From Planctomycetota bacterium (lineage in GTDB: Bacteria > Planctomycetota > UBA1135 > UBA2386), in assembly GCA_965228735.1 (NCBI GenBank), contig OZ245838.1:192001-256000 (forward strand): a stretch of DNA of 64,000 nt, given 5' to 3'. The position numbers and the translations under genes are program-made. Within the stretch, counting starts at the first letter, position 1. Every line of letters starts with the position of its first letter. Positions 1-10,174 of this stretch are shown here, one piece after another. Under the pieces are notes generated by a model. It was not told the origin of the DNA, ran no database searches, and saw only the letters and a program-made list of their open reading frames with translations.

Positions 1-474
1 CACTACCGCGCGTTCTTCGACGGCGTCGAGCGTGGCGCGACGCTCCACGAACTGCGGGCGAGCGCGGGACGGCTGCACGAAGCCGTCACGCTGGGCGCGG
101 GGCAGCTGTTGCGCGTGCAGGGGCCGGTCACGGTCGTGGCCTTGTGGTTCGCTCCGGAGATCGTCGAGCTCGTGGGCCTGCCGCCGTTCGCGGCGCACAC
201 CCTGCGGCTCGCGCTCGTCGGCGCGCTCTGTCACGTGCTGCTGCTCGTGGCCGTGTTGACGCTGCTCTACTTCGATCGGCAGCGCAGCGCGCTGCGGGTC
301 ACGCTCACGTTCCTGCTGCTGAACGGCGCGCTCGCCGGCGTCAGCCTCGCGGTCGGTCCGCTGGTCTACGGTCTCGGCTACGCCGCGGCGGCACTGCTCG
401 CGCTCGTCGTCGCCGCGTTCGAAGTGGATCGCACGACGCGCCGGCTCGTGGAACTCACGTTCGGCGGCGCCTAG
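1..474 (+). CDS. pelG: Pel exopolysaccharide transporter PelG, C-terminal part (5'-truncated)
   Basis: Frame 1 is open from base 1: HYRAFFDGVERGATLHEL...LLRVQG...LLYFDRQR...LLNG...GPLVYGLGY...RRLVELTF, matching the hydrophobic PelG C-terminal pattern. Confidence 0.75.
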   Translation, partial: HYRAFFDGVERGATLHELRASAGRLHEAVTLGAGQLLRVQGPVTVVALWFAPEIVELVGLPPFAAHTLRLALVGALCHVLLLVAVLTLLYFDRQRSALRVTLTFLLLNGALAGVSLAVGPLVYGLGYAAAALLALVVAAFEVDRTTRRLVELTFGGA

Positions 475-491
475 TGGTCTGTCGCGCGGTG

Positions 492-1373
492 CTACAGCCG
501 GTCGGGGTCCTGCCCGCGCAGGACCGAGTTGCCCTCGAACGTCTCGCGCAGGTTGGCGCTCGCCGGCTGCTTCAGCGCCTCGACGTCCATGCGGCCGCTC
601 TGCGCGAAGAAGCCCGTCGGGTTGCCCCAGACGAGGCGCTCGATGTCAGCGCGCGGCACGCCGGCCTGCTCGAGCTTGACGACGGTTCGGGGCACCATCA
701 TCGGGTCGCTGACGCCCCAGTCCGCGGCGCTGTTGATGATCATGTGATCGACGCCGTACTCGAGAACGATCGCGACCATCCGGTGCGGATCCATCTTGGT
801 GTTGGGGTAGATCGAGAACCCCGACCAGCAGCCGAGGTCGCGCGTGATCTTGATGGTCTCCTCGTTGCCATGGTCGAGGAGGATGCGCTCCATCGGGAAG
901 CCGTTGTCCTTGATGATGTCGATGCAGCGCTCGAAGCCGCGCTTCTTGTCGCGGTGCGGCGTGTGGACGAGAACGGGCAGCTCGTGCTTCTTGGCGATCT
1001 CGAGCTGCGCCAGCATGTACTTCTCCTCCTTCTTCGTCTGGTCGTCGAGCCCGATCTCGCCGACGCCGACGACGGAGTCCTTCTCGCAGTAGCGCGGCAG
1101 GATCGCGAGCACGTCGTCGTTGACGCGGTCGTCGTTCGCCTCGCGCGGGTTGAGCGCCATCGTGCAGAGGTGGTGGATGCCGAACTGCTGCGCGCGGTGC
1201 CGTTCCCAGCCGATCAGCGTCTCGAAGTAGTCGATGAACGCACCGACGTTGGTGCGCGATTGTCCGAGCCAGAACGCGGGCTCGAGCACGGCGCGGACGC
1301 CGGCGAGCGCGAGCTGTTCGTAGTCGTCGGTGACCCGACTGAACATGTGGATGTGGGGTTCGAAGATCAGCAT
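492..1373 (-). CDS. eboB: TatD-family metallohydrolase (EboB-like)
   Basis: PHIHMFSR, EPAFWLGQ, ALNPREAN, GEIGLD, VHTPHRDK, DHGNE and NSAADWG motifs; lies directly downstream of an eboA-like gene. Confidence 0.8.
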   Translation of the reverse strand: MLIFEPHIHMFSRVTDDYEQLALAGVRAVLEPAFWLGQSRTNVGAFIDYFETLIGWERHRAQQFGIHHLCTMALNPREANDDRVNDDVLAILPRYCEKDSVVGVGEIGLDDQTKKEEKYMLAQLEIAKKHELPVLVHTPHRDKKRGFERCIDIIKDNGFPMERILLDHGNEETIKITRDLGCWSGFSIYPNTKMDPHRMVAIVLEYGVDHMIINSAADWGVSDPMMVPRTVVKLEQAGVPRADIERLVWGNPTGFFAQSGRMDVEALKQPASANLRETFEGNSVLRGQDPDRL

Positions 1374-1427
1374 CGTTGGCGGTCGGCGGGGTCTCGGAGG
1401 TGAGCGGGGGGCGTTCGTGCGCGCGGG

Positions 1428-2255
1428 TCAGCTGCCGGCGAGTCGTTGCAGGCGTTCGCGAAGTTCGGGCCGCGGTTCGCGCTCGAGACGTTCGGCGGCG
1501 AACGGCCGCAGATCCTGACGATCGAGCGCGAGCAGACCGTCGATCGCCGCGCCGCGGACGCGGTCGTCACCGTGCTCGAGCCCGCCGATGAGGCGAGCCA
1601 CGGAGCCTGCGGTCGGCGCGCGGCCGATCATGCGCCAGGTGTCGCGCCAGACCGCCCGGCCGGCGGCCTCGCGTTCGGTCGCGAGGTCCTGCAGCATGCG
1701 CGAGAGTTCTTCGTTGGCCTGCTCGAGCACCCCGAGCGCGCGCGCCAGCGGCAGGTCGAGGAACGCGTACTTCAGGATGAGCTTGTTGGCGGTCGCCAGA
1801 TCGAACTCGGGCTGGCCGATGGCGCGCGGGACGAGGTCGCCGTCGCAGACCGCGGCCTCGACGTGCAACACGATGTTGGTTCGTTGGGCCTCGCCGAGGA
1901 ACTCGATCGTGACGTCGTCGATCGGCAGCACGTGGGCGGCGCGCAGCAGCATCGCGCGTTCTTCGAGGTCGCCGTGCGCCATGAGGTCACGGAGCTCGGC
2001 CGCCGTGGCCTCGACGCTCAGGAGCAGCCAGGCCGCGGCCAGATCGCAGCGCCGGAACGCGTCCAGGTCGACGCGACCGGGCCCGAGCTCGACGAGGCCG
2101 CCGCCGACGGTCTCGCGGCCCGCGCGCCGCGGCAGGCCGGGAAAAAAGACGGGCAGCTGGCCGCGATCGGCGGCGATGTCGTCGCGCAGCGCGGTGAGTT
2201 CGGCGGTGAGTGCGGGTCCCAGGCGCTCGGCCAGGGCGGCGAGAGGGCTCGTCAT
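1428..2255 (-). CDS. eboA: EboA-like protein with helical C-terminal extension
   Basis: 3' part of ORF 1428..4274, from ATG 2255: GDLEERAMLLRA, RTNI, NKLILKYAF, LSRMLQDLATEREAAGRAVW resemble the EboA domain. Confidence 0.7.
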   Translation of the reverse strand: MTSPLAALAERLGPALTAELTALRDDIAADRGQLPVFFPGLPRRAGRETVGGGLVELGPGRVDLDAFRRCDLAAAWLLLSVEATAAELRDLMAHGDLEERAMLLRAAHVLPIDDVTIEFLGEAQRTNIVLHVEAAVCDGDLVPRAIGQPEFDLATANKLILKYAFLDLPLARALGVLEQANEELSRMLQDLATEREAAGRAVWRDTWRMIGRAPTAGSVARLIGGLEHGDDRVRGAAIDGLLALDRQDLRPFAAERLEREPRPELRERLQRLAGS

Positions 2256-2302
2256 GGGGCGAAACACAGTAGCGAGTACAACGGTCCGATGCTCGGATCC
2301 GT

Positions 2303-3715
2303 TCACCCCGTTGGCCCTCCGGCCTGGGCGGTATCGTGTTCCGTGACGGCCCGCCGCAGGCCGAAGCCCAGCAGCAGCGTGGCGCAGACGAACGTCGCCG
2401 AGACCAGGAATGGCGCCGATACGCCGTAGTGGTCGAACGCGTAGCCGCAGAGCAGCGGCATCGCGATGCGGGCGGAGCCGCCGAACGTCTGCTGCAGGCC
2501 CATGTACATCCCGCGATTGTCCTGGTCGACCATGCGGGACAGCAGGGCCGTGACGCACGGGAACGTGAAGGCCGTGCCGAGCGGCAGCAGGCCGACACCG
2601 ATCGCGAGCGTCGGCAGCGAGTCCGCGAGCCCGGCGACGACGAGGCCGATCGTGAGCAGGATGATGCCGATGCGGGAGAGTCGGACCTCGCCAATGCGGT
2701 CGACGAGCGGGCCCAGCGCGAGGACGCGGGTGAACACCGAGATCGCGCCGATCCAGAAGAAGACGTAGCCGATCAGGTCGGCGTCGATGCCGAAGCGCTC
2801 CTTGAGCGACAGCGCGATCTGGGCGGTCGTGCCCGTGAACGCACCGATCGCGATCGCGTAGGTCAGGATGAGCCGGGACGACGGCCGGGTCGGGTGCCGC
2901 ACGACCTCCACGAGGGCGCGGCGCACGGGCACGCGGGTGGTCGACCGACCGCGGCGTTCGTTCGATTCCCGCAGGAACCGCGCGGCGAAGATCATCGTCA
3001 GCACGCAGAGCGTCGCGGCGAACACGCCGGGCGCCGCCTGCCGCACGAGCGCGCGGTCGGCTTCGGCCCAGTAGTCGAGCTCGCTGAGCTTGACCGCATA
3101 GGAACCGAGAACCGGTCCGAGCGCGACGCCGAGGTTGGTCGCCGCCGAGAGCCAGCCGAGCGCCCGGGCGCGCTGCAGCGGTTCGGTCGTGTCCGCGACG
3201 TAGCCCTGGATCACCCCGACCGTGCCGCCGCCAGCACCTTGCACGAGCCGCGCCAGCAGCAACATGAAGAGCGTGTCGGCGAAGCCGACGAGCAGGTACG
3301 AGATCGCGGACATGACGAGCGCGATCAGCAGCGCCGGTCGGCGACCGTAGCGGTCCGAGAAGCGACCCCAGAGCGGCGCGCTCAACAGCTGCGCGAGGGT
3401 GAACGCGGCGACCACGATGCCGGTGAGCTGGCCCACCTCGAGCTGGAAGCCGAGCATCGGCATCCCGTTCGGCGCCAACCGCTCGACGTAGAACGGCACG
3501 AGCGGCACGATCATCAGCAGCCCGACCATGTCGAGGAACGCCGCGGCCATGAGCACGAGCAGGCGGCCCGGAATGCGCGGGATCTGGCGCAGCAGGGTGA
3601 GCAGCAGCAGCACGCCGATGCCGACGACCGTCCACGTCGCGCCGCTCGAACGCAGGGCGTCGGTGATTTCGGTGGCGAGCACTGCGCGCAAGAGAACGCG
3701 GTCGGTCGCCGCCAT
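2303..3715 (-). CDS. MFS transporter (TetA/DHA1-like)
   Basis: WGRFSDRYGRRP (MFS motif A), ARLVQGAGGG and about 12 TM segments; start uncertain. Confidence 0.85.
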   Translation of the reverse strand: MAATDRVLLRAVLATEITDALRSSGATWTVVGIGVLLLLTLLRQIPRIPGRLLVLMAAAFLDMVGLLMIVPLVPFYVERLAPNGMPMLGFQLEVGQLTGIVVAAFTLAQLLSAPLWGRFSDRYGRRPALLIALVMSAISYLLVGFADTLFMLLLARLVQGAGGGTVGVIQGYVADTTEPLQRARALGWLSAATNLGVALGPVLGSYAVKLSELDYWAEADRALVRQAAPGVFAATLCVLTMIFAARFLRESNERRGRSTTRVPVRRALVEVVRHPTRPSSRLILTYAIAIGAFTGTTAQIALSLKERFGIDADLIGYVFFWIGAISVFTRVLALGPLVDRIGEVRLSRIGIILLTIGLVVAGLADSLPTLAIGVGLLPLGTAFTFPCVTALLSRMVDQDNRGMYMGLQQTFGGSARIAMPLLCGYAFDHYGVSAPFLVSATFVCATLLLGFGLRRAVTEHDTAQAGGPTG

Positions 3716-3922
3716 GCCAGCGGGATTCCGGGCCAATTCGATGGCGTGCGCGGCGCGTCCGGCGCCGAAAAAACGGGTGCTGCCTCGATTCGAAACCGGC
3801 CCGTGACGCCGATGGCAACGCGGTCGCCGCGATCGGCGCCAGGGAGTTCCCGCATGGCCTCAACCGATTGCCCTGGTTGGCCGAAACCACCTCATGGTGG
3901 GTGATCTCGTCGGTCCCGGGCC

Positions 3923-5356
3923 ATGGCGGTCTTCTCGGACTGGGCGGGTGTCGCGCCACTGCGCCGATGCATCGCCCGCGGACTCGGGCCAGGCAGGCTA
4001 CGCGTGAAGGAAGCAGGGCCAGGACAACACGACAGCGCCGAGATTCGGGCGTTGCGGGCGGAGCTCGACCGGACCCGGTCGGCGCTGCGCGATGCCCGTG
4101 ACGAAGCCCGGCGCGCCGAGGTGTTGGCCGCCCAGTACGAACGTGAGCAGAGTCGGCGACTCGGCGAACTCGAACGCCGGATCGACGAACTGCACGCCTC
4201 GCGGCAGGAGTCGCAGGCCGCGGCGGACACGAAGGCGCGTCTGCTCGCGACGATGAGCCACGAGCTCCGGACACCGCTCAACGGCATGGTCGGCAGCGCG
4301 GAACTGCTGCTCGGGTCCGAGCTCGACGGCGAGCAGCGGCAGCTCGTCGAACTGCTGCAGCGCTCGAGCAACGCGCTGCTGTCGATCGTCAACGACCTGC
4401 TCGACTACTCGCGACTCGAAGCCGACCGCATGCCGCTCGAGCGCACGCCGTTCCGGCTCGAGCCGTGCGTCGAGGACGTGATCGAGCTGCAGCGCACGGT
4501 GGCGGACGAGAAGGGGTTGGAGTTGCGCGCGACCTGGCACGCCGGCGTGCCGTCCGTCGTGCTCGGGGACGCGGGCCGGCTGCGTCAGGTGCTGATGAAC
4601 CTCGTCACGAACGCGCTGAAGTTCACGGCGCATGGGCGAGTGGAGATCGAGATCCAGTCCTCGGGCAGCGGCTTGCTCGAGTTCGCCGTGCGGGACACGG
4701 GGATCGGGATCCAACCCACGGATCAGCTCGAGCTGTTCGACGAGTTCCGGCAGGCGACGGCCACGACCGTTCGGGACTACGGCGGCAGCGGCCTCGGACT
4801 CGCGGTGTGCAAACGCCTCGTCGCCCTGATGGGCGGGACGATCGCGGTCGAGAGCACGTTCGGCGAAGGGTCGACGTTCACGTTCACGGCCGAACTGCCG
4901 TCGGCCGAGGGCGCGGCGCCGACGCCGACGTCGAGCCCGAAGACGCGATCGTCGCGGCCGGGCAACCGTGGCCGCGTGCTCATCGTCGACGACAACCGCA
5001 GCAATCGCTACGTCCTCGCTCGGATGCTGGCGCGACTCGGGTTCGAGTGCGACGAGGCGATCGACGGCGTCGACGCGGCCGCCCGCGTGTCCGGCCAGGA
5101 CTACCGGGTCGTGTTCATGGACTGCGACATGCCCGTGATGAACGGGATGGACGCCACGCAGGTGATCCGATCGCTGCCGGAGCCGCGTTGCAGCGTGCCG
5201 ATCGTCGCGCTGACTGCCTACTCGTTGTCAGCCGACAAGGAGCGTTGCGAGGCCGCGGGCATGGACGCCTACCTCGGCAAGCCGGTGGCGCTCGCAGAGC
5301 TCGCCGCGACTCTCGCCGAGCTCGTGCCCGAGCCGGCCGTGAATCCGGCGGACTGA
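3923..5356 (+). CDS. Hybrid histidine kinase / response regulator
   Basis: H-box MSHELRTPLNG, N-box NLVTNALKFT, DTGIGI, GSGLGL; receiver domain VDDN...FMDCDMPVMNG...KP. Start uncertain (possibly GTG 4004). Confidence 0.9.
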   Translation: MAVFSDWAGVAPLRRCIARGLGPGRLRVKEAGPGQHDSAEIRALRAELDRTRSALRDARDEARRAEVLAAQYEREQSRRLGELERRIDELHASRQESQAAADTKARLLATMSHELRTPLNGMVGSAELLLGSELDGEQRQLVELLQRSSNALLSIVNDLLDYSRLEADRMPLERTPFRLEPCVEDVIELQRTVADEKGLELRATWHAGVPSVVLGDAGRLRQVLMNLVTNALKFTAHGRVEIEIQSSGSGLLEFAVRDTGIGIQPTDQLELFDEFRQATATTVRDYGGSGLGLAVCKRLVALMGGTIAVESTFGEGSTFTFTAELPSAEGAAPTPTSSPKTRSSRPGNRGRVLIVDDNRSNRYVLARMLARLGFECDEAIDGVDAAARVSGQDYRVVFMDCDMPVMNGMDATQVIRSLPEPRCSVPIVALTAYSLSADKERCEAAGMDAYLGKPVALAELAATLAELVPEPAVNPAD

Positions 5357-5360
5357 GCGG

Positions 5361-6458
5361 TCAGTTGGCGATCAGGAAGTGGCAGATGTCGCCGTCCTGC
5401 AGCACGTAGTCCTTGCCCTCGAGTCGCATCTTGCCGGCGTCCTTGATCGCCTTCTCGTTCTGCAGCTCGATGAGATCGCCGAACTGGTAGACCTCGGCGC
5501 GCACGAACTTCTTGACGAAGTCCGTGTGGATCACGCCCGCGCCGATGGGGGCCGTGTCGCCCTGGTGGATGACCCACGCCCGCGTCTCCTTCTCGCCCGC
5601 GGTGAAGAACGTCTGCAGGCCGAGGAGCTCGAACGTGCGCGTGATGATGCGTGACAGCCCGGACTCGGTGAATCCGAAGTCGGCCATGAACGTCGCCGCG
5701 TCCTCGGGCGCCATCGTCGCGAATTCGGCCTCGAGGTCGCCGCAGAGGTGCGCCACCTCGGCGCCCGTCTGCTCCGCGTACTGCCGCAGCGCCGCCACGT
5801 GCTCGCTCTGCCCTTCCTGGTCGTCGTCGCCGACGTTCGCGAGGAAGAGCACCGGTTTGATGGTCATGAGGAAGAGCGGGTAGAGGAGCTTCTGTTCCTG
5901 GGCCGTGAACTCCGCCTGCCGCAGCAGCGTGCCGCCCTCGAGGACGGCGAACGCCTTCTCGAACGCCTCGAGCTGCGCCTTCATCTCCTTGTCGCCGGTC
6001 CGCGCCTTCTTCGCGACGCGCTCGATGTTGCGCTTCAGGGTCTCGCGGTCGGTCTGCGCGAGCTCCATCTCGACGATCTCGGCGTCGGCCGCGGGGTCGA
6101 TGCCGCCGCCCGTGTGCTGCACGCCGTCGTTCTTGAAACAGCGCACGACGTGCAGCAGCGCGTCGCTCTCCTTGATCGCGCCGAGGAAGCCGACGCCCAT
6201 GCCGGCACCCTCGCTCGAACCCGACACGAGCGCCGGGATGTCGGTCACGTGCAGCTGTGCCGGGATGATCTTCTTCGTGGGGATGAACTCCGCGATCTTC
6301 TGCAGCCGGTCGTCGGGCACGTCGACGACGCCGGGCACGGGCGCGGTCGTCGAGAACTGGTTGATGCTCCGCGACTCGGCCGGAGTTCCGGTGATCGCCT
6401 GGAAAACGGTGGTCTTGCCGACGTTGGGGAGACCGACGATGCCTGCGGTGAGCGCCAT
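5361..6458 (-). CDS. ychF: Redox-regulated ATPase YchF
   Basis: MALTAGIVGLPNVGKTT, HVVRCF, FFTAGEKETRAW, AGVIHTDF, EGKDYVLQDGD. Confidence 0.95.
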   Translation of the reverse strand: MALTAGIVGLPNVGKTTVFQAITGTPAESRSINQFSTTAPVPGVVDVPDDRLQKIAEFIPTKKIIPAQLHVTDIPALVSGSSEGAGMGVGFLGAIKESDALLHVVRCFKNDGVQHTGGGIDPAADAEIVEMELAQTDRETLKRNIERVAKKARTGDKEMKAQLEAFEKAFAVLEGGTLLRQAEFTAQEQKLLYPLFLMTIKPVLFLANVGDDDQEGQSEHVAALRQYAEQTGAEVAHLCGDLEAEFATMAPEDAATFMADFGFTESGLSRIITRTFELLGLQTFFTAGEKETRAWVIHQGDTAPIGAGVIHTDFVKKFVRAEVYQFGDLIELQNEKAIKDAGKMRLEGKDYVLQDGDICHFLIAN

Positions 6459-6508
6459 GAGTTTGGGGCGAACTTCATACCGCGCGGGCCGCGATGCGGC
6501 CAGTGCGG

Positions 6509-9500
6509 TTACGGATCGACCACCAGGGCCATCAGCTCGAACAGACTCAGCACGGCGAGGCCGCCGGACGGCACGAGAACGGCGTCGAGCAACGGGCTGC
6601 GGAGGCCGCCGAACGACCCGGAGTTCAGCTCCTTCGCAGCGGTCAGCATACGCTCGTGCCGGCGGACGACGCTGGCCGGGCGCTGCTGGGCGACGAGCTC
6701 GGAGATGCGACGGTGGATGCGTTCGAGCGCGCGGTCTCGCGTCCGCGTCATCGTGCGCAGGAGCAGGACGCCGGCGATGAGCACGCCGGCCGCGACCGCG
6801 GCCATCAGCACCACGAACGGCATCGGCCAACGCCAGGCGTCGAACGTGGAGAACTGGCCGAACACCATCGCGGCCATCACCGCGAACGGATACCAGAACA
6901 AGTTGCCGACGGCAGCCGTCCGCTGGCACATGACCTCGATCCGAAGGTGCTCGATCGCGACGGCGCCGTCGATGCCATGCTCGCGCCGCAGGTCGCGCAA
7001 CGCATCGCAACCCGGCCAATCGTCGTTGGCTCGGCCGAGCAGCTGGACGAAGCCGGTGGACAGCCGCGCCGTGTCCGTGACCGCGAGCGCGAGCAGCAGC
7101 GTGATGACGACGCCGAAGAAGCCGATGACGAGATCCAGCCAGTACACGAGGTCGCCGCGGAACGGGACCTTCGGCGCCGGGGGTGCGAGGAGCACGACGC
7201 ACGCGATCAGCAACAGCAGCACGAAGTAGGGCGCGATGCGGGCCGCCCGATGGGCCAGGGAGCCGCGCGTCCGGTAACGCTCCCACACTTCGCGCGGTGA
7301 CAGGCTCGTTCCGGGTGTGGCGATCAGGCCGAGGTCGTGCCACCACGTCGACAGTGCGGCGTCCGTGCGCGGGGGCGTCGGGTTGTTCGTGATCCGCGCG
7401 TGCAGGCGCGCCAGCCAGTGCAGTTGCCGCGGCCACGCGAGTCGTTGACGCGGGGCGGCGCCGGGGAAGAACCGTTCGCCGAGCGCGACGTCGGCGCGGT
7501 GGATCCGCACGGCGCCCATCCAGAGCAGCACGATGCCGGCGCCCGTGGCGAAGATGCGCACGACCTCGGTGGGCCACATGCTCACGCCTTGCGAAAGGAA
7601 GAACGGTTCGCCGCGGCGGTTGGTGTGGAAGTCCCACATCCCGGCGGCGCACAGAACGAGAAGAGCCCCCATGATGCCGAGCCCGATCCACATCCACTTC
7701 TTGCGGATGGGTTCGGCGGTCGAGCTGATCCGCAGCAGCGCGCGTCGGCCGGTGCGCACCGCGAACGCGGCGAGGAGGCCTGCCACCAGCAGGTAGAGCA
7801 CGGACAAGACCGAGACCCGCCAGTTCCAGAACCAGTCGTCCGGTTCCGGATGCAGGTCGGTCGTGGCGTCGAGCGAGCTGAGGTCGATCGCGCGGGTCCT
7901 GCCGATCTCGAACGTCCGCGGGGCGAGGTGGCGGTTGAGATCACGCGCGCGGATCTGCTGCTCGGAGTCCGGGTCGAGCGGGGCACCAACACCGAGCAGG
8001 GTCGCGACGTGGATCGCGCACTGGTAGCTGTCGCGGAACGCGCCGGATTCCCGCTGGATTCCGCCGACGAGCTCCAGGCCGAAGCCGGACACCACGACGA
8101 GGTTCCGGGTGAACGGCGTCAGATCGTTCGGGACGAGCCGGGCGTCCAGGTCGGTCGTGAAGAAGACCTTGTCCGGAAACCGCGGCGCGAGCGCCTGCAG
8201 GATCGCGAGCTTGTCGTAGATGTGCCGATGATGCCGATGGCCGCGAATCGCCCCTTGTTGGCCTCGCGCCGCGAGATCGTGTCCGCGAGCTGCAGCACGC
8301 GGTCGAACTGGCCGGTGCCGAACGACACGTTGGCCGGCAGCGTGGCGCCGGGTTCGAGCAGGGACCTGACGAGCTGGGTCGTCACGTCGTCCTTGCTGTC
8401 CGAGCGGCCGGGGGCCGTGGTCGTGCGTCGGCCGTTGGGGGTCGCGCCGTCGATGCCGCGAAAGTACGAGAACACCTCGAAGTGCTCGTCGATCACCTCG
8501 TCATGGTCATGTTTCGGATCGAGCCAGGGTGTCACTCCCGCGTCGGCCTCCGGCATGCGCTTCAGCGCGGCGAGATGGTCTTCGTCCTTCGTCCCGGAGC
8601 TGGCCGCCTTGCCGGTCGCCCTGGCCCGACAATACTCGAGCGCACCGTCGAACGTGTGCTCGACGGTGCGCCCGTAGAGCGAGTCGCGTTCGACGATGAG
8701 CGCGATGTGGGCATCGTCGTCGTGGATGCCGATGCCGCGTCGATCGAGCTCACGCAGAGCCGCCACGGCCAGGGCGGCGTCGGTGCAGTTGGTGCGGGAG
8801 AACACCGGCAGCGCCCCTTCGCGCCAGGGGCCGCGCTGGAACTGGCCGTCGGCGTTCGGCTCGGCACTGCGATAGCCGAAGAGCTGGCGCACCGAGGCGG
8901 CGGCCTTGCCGAGCCGTTCTTCGACCCGCGCGAGTCGCAGCAGGTGCGCGTCGGGCACGGTGGCGCGGGGCGAGAAGATGCGGGCCCGGGGCGACAGTTG
9001 CTGGATGATGAGATCGCGGACGCCGGCGCGCGCTCCGGCCGGATCGCGGGCGTCGTTCCGCAGCAGGTAGCCGGTGAGGAACCGGTGGGCGGCGTCGTTG
9101 TCGGTCGCATCGTCGCCGCACCGTTTGCGGTGGTCGGTCCAGGCGCGCAGGGCGCGGTCGAGCGCGCGCCGGGCAGTGTCGTTCGGCGGTTCTGCCCCGA
9201 TCTTGTTCGCGAGCTGGTCGATCGCGTCGCTCCAGGCAACGCCGGCTCGTGTCCCCTCCGCGGGCGGGGCGCCGAACCGGGAGGCCAGGCTGTCGGCGAT
9301 GGCCTTGCGGTCGGCGAAGTCCGCGTCCGGCGGCAGGCGGCGATCGACGAGGCTGCTGACCATCGCGCCGAGGGTGTCCGAGTTGGCGGGGCCGATGACG
9401 CTGAACGTGACGCGTTGGGTGAGCGTATGGACGACGCCTGCCCGATCCGTCGGTTCGGTCATCATCACCAGCTCCGTCAGCGGCGCGCTGACGACGTGCT

Positions 9501-10104
9501 CCCCGCCGAGCAACGGGTCGGAGCCGAGCGTGCGTTCCGGGACCCACAGTACGAGCACCGTGTCGGGGACGGCGCCTGGCCGGACGTCGGGCCCGAGCAC
9601 CCGAGACCGCCGGTACCACTCGTACGGGATCGGCGTCGAGGGCGGCGCCACCGGGCCCTCGGCGCGGGGCTGGAAGTCGAACGCGCCGACGTGCTCGGTC
9701 GAGTACGGCACGTAGTCTGCCGACATGAGCGCCGAGACCACGGCGACGCGATAGCGTCGCCGCACCTCGGCGTCCTCGGCATACGACGACGCCGGGACGA
9801 GGACCGGCAGGACGACCAGCTCGTTGGCGGTTGCGGGCGCGACGACGCGCGATCGCAGTTCGTTCGCGAGTTGCGGCAGGGCCGTATCCGGTTTGCGTTC
9901 GGGGGCGGCGAGCACCGCGGCGAGCGGGTCCTGCCACAGGCGCGCGTCGATGTTCTGGCCGGCCTGCAGCGGCAGTCGGACCCGCGATGGCGCGACCGGA
10001 CGGTGACTCGTCAGGTGCTCCCGAACGACGAAGTGGCCGGTGATCGCAGACAGAACGAGCACGGCGCTGGTCAGCGGGCCGAGCAACGACGAGCGGTCGG
10101 ACAT
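6509..10104 (-). pseudogene. Large (~1,200 aa) membrane protein of unknown function, split by one frameshift at ~8222-8223
   Basis: ORF 8119..10104 reads ...RFAAIGIIG and then loses plausibility. The frame of ORF 6509..8095 picks up there as IYDKLAILQALAPRFPDKVFFTTDLDARL and is open to 6509. Could be an assembly error. Confidence 0.65.
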
Positions 10105-10174
10105 GGCTCTCCTCGACGGCGAGCACCACGCTCGCCGGGTGGCAGACTACCAGGGCGCGCGCCCGAAGTCGCGA

